64,000 bases of DNA from Octopus vulgaris (lineage: Eukaryota). This document shows, piece after piece, positions 34,406 to 47,400 of this stretch. The stretch spans positions 160,952,001-161,016,000 of the forward strand of contig OX597814.1 in NCBI GenBank assembly GCA_951406725.2, in the 5' to 3' direction. The position numbers were made by a program, and so were the translations under genes. The notes under the pieces were generated by a model. That model made no database searches, had not been told where the DNA came from, and saw only the letters and a list, made by a program, of their open reading frames with translations. Position 1 is the first letter of the stretch, and every line of letters starts with the position of its first letter.

Positions 34406-37400
34406 TTAATTAAATATTGGTTATATAACATTTTTGAAGCCAAAGAGATCAGATCAAGAGGCAAAGTTTAGGATGTGTCTGAAGAGTAATTTTATTTTAG
34501 ATATAATTTTTACATCTACTCTGACTGTGATCAAGTGATTGTGTGCCTTATTCCAGAATATGTATATAGTATAGGATTTTTTAACCTTAAACCCAAATCC
34601 AGCTCTCACATCTACTCTACAATGTCAATCTAAAAATACACTATCACATTATCAAAATCTCGAAGCTACGAAATAATGAATGGTTAATTCAAAGCCATGC
34701 AAATAAATAAGCATTATATTTGACAGAGTAATCTAAAGAATTAAATGGTAAGGAAAACTCCTTTATATATTCCTACCATACTCTAAGAGCAATTCTTACT
34801 AATGAATTTGAATTAGATTCATTTACACACAAAATAATTTAAGGTAATATAGAAGACAAACAATGCTAATTGATAAATTTTTATTGAAAAAATCTCAAAA
34901 GTGAGTAGGAGACAAACAGATTTAAATATGAGAAGAAAAAAAACAAGTACTACAAAAATCCTCAGTTTCCCCCAAATTGTAGAAATAGAACTATCCCAAT
35001 CTAGAATGCCATAAAAGATTTCAAATGAAAAGGGATCAACATCTAAATCCTCTGAATATGACAAATAGCTAGTCACTGATAACAAAATCCATGAATTAAA
35101 AGTGTCAATGTTCTAGAAAGCTATGTAAGCAATACATCGAATGAAAATATTATAGTTTGTGTGGAGCACTCAATTAGCTTTTATCTTGAAAGATTTGTTT
35201 TCATTACACATACTTCAAGACCAACTTCTACAACTGTCCCCTCTAAAATATACAAAAATCTAGCTACAGATCAGGTAGATGGAACTTTTGCTAGTTATAT
35301 GTTTTAGAAGTTAATGATAATCTAATAAGATGCCAAATTAGATTCAAAGCATTTGATTTTGTCAAGGATAGGAACCAATGTCAAATGGTCATTGTAAGTA
35401 TACAACATTTCTTACAAGGACACACAAAAGGTTGTCTAAAGAAGATCTTAGAGAAACATATATATATATGTATGTGCATATATTGTTGAATCTTAACTTT
35501 ATATTTCTGCCCTTCTCAACAGAGTAAAATTGTTCACTAGTTGCTTATAATTTTAAAAAAGTTAAAAAGCAGTGGAACAAAGTTATTTTTACAGGATAAA
35601 TTTAGGATGTGGGTTGAAACTTTAACAGTTATATTGCTCCTCAGATAAGGATGCAAAATATCCTAATGACTAAATTGTTATTGGTACTTCATAAAATTTA
35701 GTTGTAACATCTCTGGCATTCTAGGTAGTCACAGAGGGTGAATTGACATGAGGTATTTCTTACAACACCAATTATGTCACCTACAAGAAACCTGAATAAA
35801 TTATTCCAAAGTGGGTCTATGAACCAAGTTAAATGAGCTAAAAATTTGGGAGATGGGGATAAGTTTTGATAAACTATTTTACGACAAATAACCCTATTTT
35901 AAAATCAAAAATATAGGTATGACAAAACTATGTTACATTACTGCTTGATATCAATTACAATGACATTATACAATCTACCATCATCTATTGATGTAAATAT
36001 TTATCAACTGAAAATACTTAAACCATCAAATTATTTGATGTTATATCTAGATATTAACATGTATTTTAAAGTAATTTAGAAAATTGGTTCTCTGTTTATC
36101 TCCAAACATTTCAAAATTATACACACAAATGCACTTGTGCGAAAAAAGGAAAAAAATACTTAGAAAAATTATAATAAAAAAAATAAGCATATATTAGCTG
36201 GAAAATAAGCTGCCAGTGGTTGGTGTAAATAAGGTCTTTTTGCAGAAATTAGTAATGCTACCACTTACATTCCATAGCAGTTGTTTGTGATAACTTCACA
36301 AATACAGTAATTTATATAGAATAAAAAAAATAGAAATTGAAGTAAAAAATTTTAATACACATTTTATCAATGTGAGAAACATAAAAAAAATTGAAAATGT
36401 AAAGCTACATATGTAGAAATATTTTTTTCTTTTTTTAACAGCTAATACAAAGAGAGACAGTTATCTGTAAAAAATATTAACTTTAATAAATACATTGCAT
36501 TTAAATTAATTAAATGGCACATTAGAATATCACAGCTTTCAAGCTTCAGCCAGTGCTTCAGGAATAATTTCTAATATAACAAGAAATAGCAAAATAATTA
36601 AATTAACATGAAAGACAATTGCCCACCAGTGTTTTTACATGAAATGACCTTAGAATGAATTTTTTTTAAAGAGGAAGTTTACCAGCAAAACAAAATTATG
36701 CCATCCCAGAGTACCAGTAAACCAAGTTTGAATAATAATTGTGATTTGCAAAATTTACAATATAAAACTGCCATTCTAAGATAACAAATGTTAAGTCACA
36801 GCCAGACCAAATTATTCATTATTAAATGATACTTAAATCTGTGTTTAACAAAAAAAAAAAAAAAAAAATCTCACACATACATTATGAATTTTCAAAGGCT
36901 TATCAAAATCATTAAATTTACATGTTTATAATGAACTTCAAAGTGTCTTGGTGATACAACCTGGAGATGCAATAAATGAAGTAAATAAGAACATGTTTAA
37001 AAGCATGAAAATGAGAGGAGTGGACAAAAAATTTTGATTAGAAAATGATTGTTTAATATATTTTCAGGGGAAAAGAAGTGACAAGAAAAAATTGATAGTA
37101 TTCTACAAAAATATTAAGAATATTTTCCTTTCTGTTTCATCATACAAAATGTAAAGCCAACTGAAACTTTTAATCCAAACATAACTTGTATCAACAACAG
37201 CTTGTTAAAGTAATCAAATTATTTCTCTATGGAATTTGTCACAAATTGAAAAGAATATAATAATGAAGATAATAGTTTTAAAATTCTAACATTATAGTAA
37301 GTTAACAATAAATCAAAGTCTGTCTTACAAATTTTCAAAAGCATACAAAATAATACTTTGTGCTAAAATAAAATCTATAGTTTTAACTGAAATGATTTAA

Positions 37401-37941
37401 CATATTCTGTACATTAATAGAGAACATAGAAGCATAAAATTAACAGATATATACCATGATTTGATTTAATTGATGTATCTATTTTAAAATTGCAAAATTG
37501 AAAAATTAATTTTTTTTTTCTTCAAGCAAAAAATTTACTCAGATAAGTTTCTCATTGTTACTTTTCTGCACATTCTCAGTCAGTAATGATTCCCACTCAT
37601 TTGGTTTTCTATCAACTGTTTTGCTGTTCAGGTTTTTATTGCAATTCCAAAAGATTATCTATTACAGGTAGGTTTAGCATATATTGGAAAACCTTAAACA
37701 TTCTAGAACCTATAAAAAAAACAAAAAAAAAAAACAAGTAACAATCAGATATGAAAATATGTTTGGAGTTTTGTAAATCAAATAACAAAAAAGTCCCATT
37801 GTTTATATATTTAAATTTCAGTATGGCAAAAAAAAATTAAACTACATTTCATTGGCTAACTATAAATATTGCTTGGGTTAATGACAAAGTCCCATGATAA
37901 AACACATATAATAGTAGTAGTAGTTGTAGTAGTAGTAAACA

Positions 37942-38418
37942 TTAAACATGGCCATTTTTGGTGTTGTTTGCATTGCTTGATGCAGATATGGAAGTCAGTG
38001 GAGAGGGACTCCTGAAGGGCACATGTTTGGGGGATAAAGATGGACTGGTAGAGTTAAATGTTCTAGAAGACAAGCAGTTAGCTGATTGAGTCACACCCAG
38101 CAAACTTGTGCCATACCCTACTGAGGAAGTGGAAGCAATCTGCTCTCGCAGTAAGGGATACAAACCAGGTAAGAGTAAAGGTGAAAGCTTGTTAGAATTG
38201 TTTCTTGCAGTTGGGCTGCAGCTCAGTTTATAAGGTCTTTCAGAAAGTTGGGATGAATTGTTGCTAAAAGGATGTCCACTAGAATATGAATTCTGACCAA
38301 CAGCAAGAAAGTGTTCATTGGATGCTACTGCTGCTCCAGAAGCAGCAAACATAGCAGCATACTGGGAATCTAACATCTGATTGAGAATTTTGGGAGTCAA
38401 AGGAACATTTTCAGGAAC
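37942..38418 (-). CDS. Minus-strand gene terminal coding exon
   Basis: gttttctag acceptor; VPENVPLTPKILNQMLDSQYAAMF...NGHV-TAA. Confidence 0.85.
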   Translation of the reverse strand, partial: VPENVPLTPKILNQMLDSQYAAMFAASGAAVASNEHFLAVGQNSYSSGHPFSNNSSQLSERPYKLSCSPTARNNSNKLSPLLLPGLYPLLREQIASTSSVGYGTSLLGVTQSANCLSSRTFNSTSPSLSPKHVPFRSPSPLTSISASSNANNTKNGHV

Positions 38419-41400
38419 CTAGAAAACAAGAAGAAATTCCAATTTGAAAAAGGAATTAGATTTTAATACTATAAAAGGTAAAAAATAACAAAAATTATAT
38501 GCATCTTTTTAAAGAATATCCTTAATTTTCATCTTTCTACAATCAATAAATTCACATAATATATTGGAATTTGTGAACATGGTGGAATTAGAAACAAATT
38601 AACATTTCTATTTTATGTCCACTTTTTCCATGCTGGCATGGAATCAATGAAACATCTAGAGGCAGTATTCTTTTAGCCAGATGTCCTTCCTGTCTCCAAG
38701 GAAGATACTTTATTTCACATCGAACTATTGCTGCATATTTTGTTTACAGGCAACATTAATGCTGTTTGTATTCATTTGTTTATATAATGTTTATATTCAT
38801 TTCTTATATCCTTTTTCATTACTAGCAGGAGCTATGCGAGTATATTATCGTAGCATTGTTTCACAGCCAAATGATTTTCATGTAAGGATCTCTAATTTCA
38901 CACATCTTCAAAATTGCAAATCCAGCAGACAATTTGTTGACAGGGAGAAGGATAACAGCATCACTGCTCGTAGCTCACAATATTCAGAAAATATATAAAC
39001 AAATGCACACACAATGAGCTTCCATACAGTTTGCATCTATGGTTTCACTGACAAGGCATCAGTCAGTCTAAGGCTATAGTAGAAGACACTTGCCCAAGAT
39101 GATATGCAGTGAGATGGAAACTGAAACCTTGTGGTTACAGAGACAACTTCTTAAGTTAATTTTTGGCTCAAAAAGCAAAAAGCAAGGCCATGTAGGGGGT
39201 CATGGAGTTATGTACAGGGAGGGTGTTCATGCAAAGAGTTCAGGCCATTTCTGAGAGACTTTGAACCGAGCGGTCGTCAGCATCTTCACTATCTTGTCTG
39301 GCAGCTTATTCCACAGATCCGCAACCCGGAGATGAAATCGTCGCAGATAGAGCTTTTCGGAGTGACCCCGCAGCCGACGTCTGGAGTAGGAGTAAAGAAC
39401 AGCTCTTTCGAGGGTTACACTTTCTGCTTATGATGTTGTGAGCGAGAATGAGATCACTACTGCGGTGGCGTTTTTCTAGAGAATAAAGGTCGAGCGTCTT
39501 CAACCTTTCTTCATAAGACAAATGCTTGAGGCCAAGAACCATGCAGGTAGCCAGCTTTTGGACTCTTTCGAGATGATGTATGTCTTTGAGGAGATAACGA
39601 GAAGAGGCTTGAATCCCGTACTCCAATATGGGTCTCACCAGCGTGACATAGAACGGTAGGAATATGGCTGCTGTGAGCATTCCGAATGACCGTCGAATCA
39701 AAAAAAAAAAACAGAACTCCGTGTGCTTTGTTGGCAGCATGGACGCACTGGGCCGAAGGCGAAAAGGAAGAATCCACCAAGATACCCAGGTCCTTTACCT
39801 GGTCGGTCCTCTCCAGCAGCAGACGACTCGGCTCGAAATCAAGTTGAGTTGCAGGAGAGGAGCCAACAGGCAGATAACAGCACTTTGACATGTTCAGACA
39901 CAGGTCCCATTCGTTAGACCATCTCCAAACTTGGTGGAGGCATCGACGAAGATCATCTATATCACCGCGAGGAGCGACCAGTTTGACATCATCGGCAAAT
40001 AGAAGGGTGTGTTGCGTGAGGTCGTCGGGCAAGTCATTTATGAAGACTAAAAACAATAAGGGCCCAAGCACTGAACCTTCTTAGACATACAGTCATGAGT
40101 GTGCCTCATTGCTTTATAGTATTTAGAGGCAGCAAGCTGGCAGAAACGTTAGCATGCCGTGCGAAATGCTTAGCGGCATTTCATCTGCCGGTACGTTCTG
40201 AGTTCAAATTCTGCTGAGGTCAACTTTGCCTTTCATCCTTTCGGGGTCGATTAAATAAGTACCAGTTACACACTGGGGTTGATATAATCGATTTAATCCG
40301 TCTGTTTGTCCCCTCTGTGTAGCCCCTTGTGGGCGTCTTGTGTTTCCTTAGTACTGAATTCTAATACAGCTAGAGTAAAATAAGTACTCACAGAATGGTC
40401 AATTAAATGGAATGTAATGCTCTTACAAAATGAATCTTTTGTAAACAATTCAAATGAAAATACTTAAACCGCCACAAAGCTCAAGAGAAGTCCACAAATA
40501 AAGTACTGCTTTCACACCTGGGACAATTACTACTGGTGACCCTACCCTAAGCTACATCCAAAAAAAGTCTACTTGGCTGATTGGCATGAAGTTGCTCACA
40601 GACACACTCTGAACACTGGCCCATAGATGTGCTGTCTCTTCTCTCTGCCTTTTCTACTGCTACATCAGCAACTTTTGCTCCTCAGAGCTGATTGGTCTCC
40701 ATCTACCTTCACTCAGGCACTCCAACACGCATCTCTCCCACCTCTCCTCACTTTCTCATCCCAGACTATGCCCTAATGATTATACCTAGTCCTCCCTGAA
40801 ACAGCAGCCTTTTGGGATTCTCACTATTCAAGTTTTTCCTGCTATCATTAAATTGTAATTGTTCAAGAGGAATGTTAATGACACCAATAACACCAACCTC
40901 AAAGGAATTGTGAAAGTCATGGGTTTGTCCCTCCCTCTAGACATCATCATCATTACCACTATTATTTAACGTCCGTTTTCCATGCTGGCATGGGTTGGAC
41001 GGTTTGACAGGAGCTGGCAAGGCTAGAGGCCACATCAGGTTCCATAATCTGTTTTTGGCTTAGTTTCTACAGTTGGATGCCCTTTAACATTAACCACTTT
41101 ACAGAGTGTACAGTAGTATTTTTTATGTGGCACTATAAGTCAAAGAAAAACAATGTAGTGGTTGAAGTCCAACAATTTTTAAGTGATTCTTATTTTGTTG
41201 TTTCATAGTTTCATTAACCACTATTTCAGTCTCTGCCAATAACCCTAAAATCCCATGCTCATTGGGGCATCAGCCATGAACTAAAGATAAAAAATAAATA
41301 TGAGGTTATGGGTCAGATGATAGGGGCAACCTCCTCAGGCATTATATGCATGGTTGGGCTCCTGATGTCCCAGGTGGAGGGACTTTTTTTTTACCTGCAC

Positions 41401-44400
41401 TCTCCACACAAAAGAACATTTCATCTGGAAGTGGTATATCGAAAGACCGTTGTTCTCAAACTGGCTCAAATGCTTGTGAAACTGAACACTGTTAAATCAG
41501 TAAAGGTATCAGTTGGTGCAAAACCACATGTCACAGCACCCAATTTAGACTGACCAGAACTCTAACAGTTTGCTTCTAAGCAGTACATTTCGGAGATGGT
41601 TTACTGATAGATGGTTGCAAATTTTCACCTCACATAAGACAAAGATAGGATGAGAGACACGAGAAGAAAAGAGCAAGAGATAGATAAAACAAAAATAAAC
41701 TCAAGTGACAGTAGGAAGATAGAGAGAGTAAGAAGCTAGCAACGTTTATTTTGCTAGCTTCTCAATCAAATAATGTCTGCTGAAGTTTTCTAAGTAAAGA
41801 TAAGAAACACTACATTTACTATTGTTACAATCAACTTGTTTATGCTTCTGAGAAACAGTATGGCAGTCTATGTAATCATTCTACTTGCTAAAAATAGCAG
41901 CCAAACCATCCTCACATTTCACCCTCCCATCTTAAAAAAAAAGAAATGAAGACATATTAGATAATATAGTCTTACATTATAAACCCTAAAACGACATAAC
42001 TGGAATAAAAAGACAATTGGAATGCTTTTTGTCAAATGTCTGCTTGATCAGGGCTGACCTTGGGCTACACTACAACCATCATCATCATCATCATTTAGCA
42101 TCCGTTTTCCATGCTAGCATGGGTTGGACGGTTCTACTGGGGTCTGTGAAGCCGGAAGGCTTCATCAGGCCCAGTCAAATCTGGCAGTGTTTCTACGGCT
42201 GGATGCCCTTCCTAACGCCAACCACTCCGTGAGTGTAGTGGGTGCTTTTTACGTGCCACCCGCACTGGTGCCAGACAGAGCTGGCAAACGGCCACGAACG
42301 GATGGTGCTTTTTATGTGCCACCGGCACGAGGGCCAGGCGAGACTGCTGAATTATTAGGATATCAGCCTCCTAAGTAACAATTTGATATTATTCCAAGCA
42401 ATCTACTGTAATTCAAGCAAAGGTTTGTTATCAATGGTTTTTGTAGCAATAAATAAATACTATGGTAAGGGTACAACTGACTTAATATTCTTTTCTACTC
42501 AAGGATGAGGCCCAAAATTTTTGGGGAGGGGGGCAGTTGATTAGATCAATACCAGTATGTAACTGGTACTTAATTTATTGACCCTGAAAGAATGAAAGGC
42601 GAAGTCAACCTCAGTGGAATTTGAACTCAGAACTTAAAGACAGATGAAATACTGCGAAGCATTTCACCTGGCGTGCTAATGATTCTGCTAGCTTGCCGCC
42701 TTACAGTTAACTTAATATTGTATATAGAAATGACTTAATTTAACTGTCATGTAAACTTGCAGTGCTGATTTCAAATCATTACACTATTAAAATACACAAT
42801 AGGTTAGCATTATAATCCAGGGAAATAAATCTCCTTTAATTGCTCATTGTTGTGAAAGCCTAAAAGAAACTTTTTCCACAATTTGCTTGTTAGATAGAAC
42901 ATCCTCTCAGAAGAAGGTAACATATAATCTATGCCATACCTATAAACTTCAAGTTCAAACTACTGAAAAATGTTTATGCTATTTTTGACACACAAGAACT
43001 GAATGAATCTCAATAAGTTCTCTGGCAAATGCTCAATGCAAACTTTGTGAACTTAATATTGTACATTCAATAACTCACAGATCATGCTTTCCATATTATT
43101 ACTTTCAAAAAAAAAAAAAAACAAAAAAAAATTTTTAGAACTTTGAAATTAGTAGAAGTCTTGTATTTAATGGTTAAAATACTTGCTTAACTATTCAAAA
43201 GCCATAAGCTGAAAACTTAACCAGGAAATGCACCGTGATCTGAGGGTAGACATATTTATTAGCCAACTCAGGGATTACTTTGAATGATGAGCAAATAGCT
43301 GGATAGGGAGACACACACACATGCACTGTTTGTGATAGTTACCAAATCTCTCTCTCTTAATTTATATCTATACCCTTACAAGAGGAAGAACACTTTGGAT
43401 ACTGTAATCCTAGATATACTGCCTGAAATTAAAATGGAATGGTCACAGCTTGAATGAATTTAACTAAGGGTTAAACAATCACCACCATGAAATACAACAG
43501 TAGGAATAACACAGGAGTGTTTAAGTACAGAGGAGCCAATATCAACACAAACCCACAAGACAAGTTGAATTCAGTATTATATATATTAAACTACTTGCAA
43601 ATTTTAGGCAAGCTGCTCTCATTGGCATGTTTATCCTACAAAATGATATTCATTTCCAGCTAGTTGTACTGGTATACTGAAGAATGACATTGGCCATATA
43701 CATAAATGTGAAATATGAACTGGGAGACAGAAGGAAGAGAGAAGAGGATATTTGAAGATGAATGCAATGAAAATTAATCCTTCAGCATTTAAACTGACCA
43801 TATCAGGCCCTAACATTCAATCTGTTTTATGTTCAAAGTGGCCAGATTCAGCCTTTTGCATGTATCCTACTATGTCATTCTAAAAGTAAATAATCACATT
43901 ATTGAAATCTGAAAGCTACAAGATAATGCTTGATTAATTCAAAGCAATATTAATAAATAAACGATACAATGGACAGAGAAACCTGAATGTTATAAAAGAT
44001 AAATGTGAGCAGGAATACAAAAGGTAAGACCAATAGTCTGAAAGGTTTAGGTTATTATTATGCTTAGATGTTATTAATGAATCAAAATCTTAACAAAAAT
44101 CCAAATTTGAAAGAATTACAAAAATAGCCACAAGGCCACAGATGTTGTGAGAGAACAGTCAATTAGATTGATCCCAGTACTTGTACTTTATTCAGTTGAC
44201 CTTAGAAGGGTTGAGTGGCAAAATAGACTTGGAATGAAGGAAGAAAAATCAAGTCAATCTGGATGAAAAGAAGACAAAGTCAAATCTGGAAGAATCAAAG
44301 TTAAAACCAACACTGGAAGAACAAACAGTTGAATGAGGTTTGAACTCAGAACATAATGAGATCTGACTAAATAACGCTCTACTGATTCTGTCAATCTGCC

Positions 44401-47400
44401 ACTCTTAGAATGACAAAAGTAATAAAAATATCTTAACTGTTTCCAGCTGATGATAACATTCATGGCAATTAAAGGCATTACTTTTTCTCAATAGAAACAG
44501 TGGTATCAAGAAGTTTCAGCTAAAAAGAAATGCATATACTGTATTTGATGGCTTATAAGATGCACTGTTTTTTTAAAAAATCTCAAAAAAAATCACTCTG
44601 GGTCCTATATATGAAATCAGGTCTATATCACCTGCTTTAATGCACTAAAATCTTTTTTCCTAAATATGTGCTGTTGAAATTGGGGTACATCTAATATGTT
44701 TGTGCATCTTTCATGCCATCAAATACTGTAGTATGTAAAATACAAAAAAACAAATATTCACAATTCCATTGACTATTTGTATAGAAAAAGCATAACAATA
44801 GTAAACATGGTTAAATGCTTTATATTCATGACCCAACGAAATTTCAGAGGTTCCAAAGAAATTTAATGCCTTGCCTTTCTAAACACAAGTTTACTATAAA
44901 AGTAGAGCTAGTGATGAACATAATATCAAAATAATGTTAAAAAGAACTCATGTTTACCGGAGACGAACTGGGTGAACGAGATGTTGATCGTGTATCTCTT
45001 GGAGAAAGACCCCGACTACTTGATGGGGAGCCACTGTGGTTAGACTGGCTTTGGTGGTACGGTGAATGGGATCTTCCTGCAAATAGTAATGATTTTTAAC
45101 ATTGGCACAGGGCCGCACATTTTGGGAAAAAGAGTTGTAGTCAGTATATTTGGGCCTCCAGTATATGAATGGTACTTATTTTTACCAACCCTGCATGGAT
45201 TTTTAACACAGGATGAACCAAACTAAACACCACAAGGTAATTAGTCTAGTTTATCGTTAATTTTTTTACTCAACAAATATGAATTTAAAATAAGGACACA
45301 AGGTCAAAAATGTGGTAGGGAGGCAACTGAGCTGATTTGCTCAAATTCAAATATATGACTAGAACATCTTTACTTTATCCCAGAGATGAAAGGAAAGGTC
45401 AACTTCAGCAAGATGTGAGCTCACAACATGAAAGGACATAGCTAAAGAGCAAGAGATAGTAAAATCTAGTGCTGTTTCTGCTAACCCAAAATATAATTGA
45501 TTGAATTAGCCTTAACATCTTACTGGTAGGATGAAAGGTAAATTCAACTCAAAGAAGATTTGAACTTAAAAGTGAAATATCAATAAAACAATAAGGAACC
45601 TCAAGATTGCTATCTACATAATTTGTTGTTGAATCCCAGGTCAGCCCTGATCAGGAAATCTCCGAGCAAAAATGTTCTAGTAGTGACAATTCAATTAATT
45701 TCAGGCAGTGAATCTAAGACCTATTATCCTTTTCTTATAAAGATGGTTGTATATGATATGAAGGAAATTTGGCAGCTATTATGAGTGAAAAAGCAAGCAT
45801 ACAGAGGCATTTTCATCAGTCCCACTAAACCTATTGTTAAATTGTTTTGTAAAATGATGGTTATAGATATGAATGTTAATCTACAACCCAAAGACAAAGG
45901 TTGTAGGCTTTATTGGGTTTCTGTAGATATTTTCTTTCTCAGTATCTTTAGATGAGGCAGTCATGCCAAGCTGACAGATATTCCAGCTGTTCACAAATGT
46001 ACACAACAAGTTCCTTATCAAGATTTTCTTTTCCTTATTTGACACTTGTTAGATCTATGCCTGCTTAAGTCAAATGGAGTTTTATTGGGGCTTATTTTCT
46101 ATGGCCGGATACCCTTCCTGTTGCCTCAATTGTCTCTAAGTATGCCTGCTTAAGTCAAATGGAGTTTTATTGGGGCTTATTTTCTATGGCCGGATACCCT
46201 TCCTGTTGCCTCAATTGTCTCTAAGTAAGGTAACATTTTCTCATGGTCAGACATGGTTTTTGCAGAATAATGGAAATGAATGACACTGCTTGTATGAAAG
46301 TGATACTCATTTACAATAGACATTCTAAGTTAAAATAAAGAGATACAAACATACATATATATACTGATTGTTTCACCTTTACAGATGATTTCCATCTTCT
46401 TGTACTTCCTCATTGCCAGTGGAGATTCTATCCATGACCTCTCAGATGACTATTCAGAACTGCATATTATGAAGTATAGGTGATAGATGAAATTAACTGT
46501 GTGCTTCCAACAGGTTAGGTTGGTGCATGTCACCACTCTTCCATTACTAGAGAACATTCAGTAGATGGGCTTCTCAACCACATAGCTATGTCTGCGCTTC
46601 TAAGTTATGAGAGGTTAAAAAGTTTGATCCAAAGGCAATTTTAAAATTCTAAGACCCCTCAAGATATCAATAACTTCTTGTTAATTAAGATTGAAATGAT
46701 TTGTAATAAATGAAAGCTGTGTCAAGCATTAACAGCAGTGGAAATGATTAAATGATTTATTCTTGTTAATGCTGTTAGGTACCAGGTCAATTACAATTGA
46801 GTAGATTTATGGCATTCGGTATTCCAGCCATGACCATCTTGTTTCTGTTTTTCAAATGTTATCATCTAATGTGTTCTTTCCTTTAACCCTTTAGCATTTA
46901 AACTGACCATATCTGGCTAAAATATTCTACTTGTTTTATGTTCTAACTAGCCAAATCAGGCCTCTTACACATACATCACAATGTCATTCTGAAAATAAGC
47001 AATCACATCATCGAAATCTCAAAGCCACAAGGTAATGAATAATTAGAGTAAAACAATGTGAATAAATAAGCATAACAGTCAACAGAATAGACTGTATGCT
47101 AAACATTCAAATAAAGATAGTGAAAAATTAATTGAAGATTTGTAGCTACTAATTTTAGTAGATCATGTATCCACGTGAATACATGATCTACTAAAATTTT
47201 TAATCACTAGTTGAAACCATTTCACTTCACACATTCCACATTCACGCATTTGAGAGAAATGCATGAAAACCACAATACACTTCTGACCTTAAGATTCATA
47301 AAACAATAAAAATGTTAAAAGCATGACTTAAGACATATTGCAGTTTCAAGACAATAAAAGAAATAACAAAATTAAAAAAAGAAACCCCCAAAACAGCAAT

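Noticed and set aside
41390-41630. Possible extra exon of the minus-strand gene
   Set aside because: Stops in the frames examined, and the flanking exons already join in phase 0
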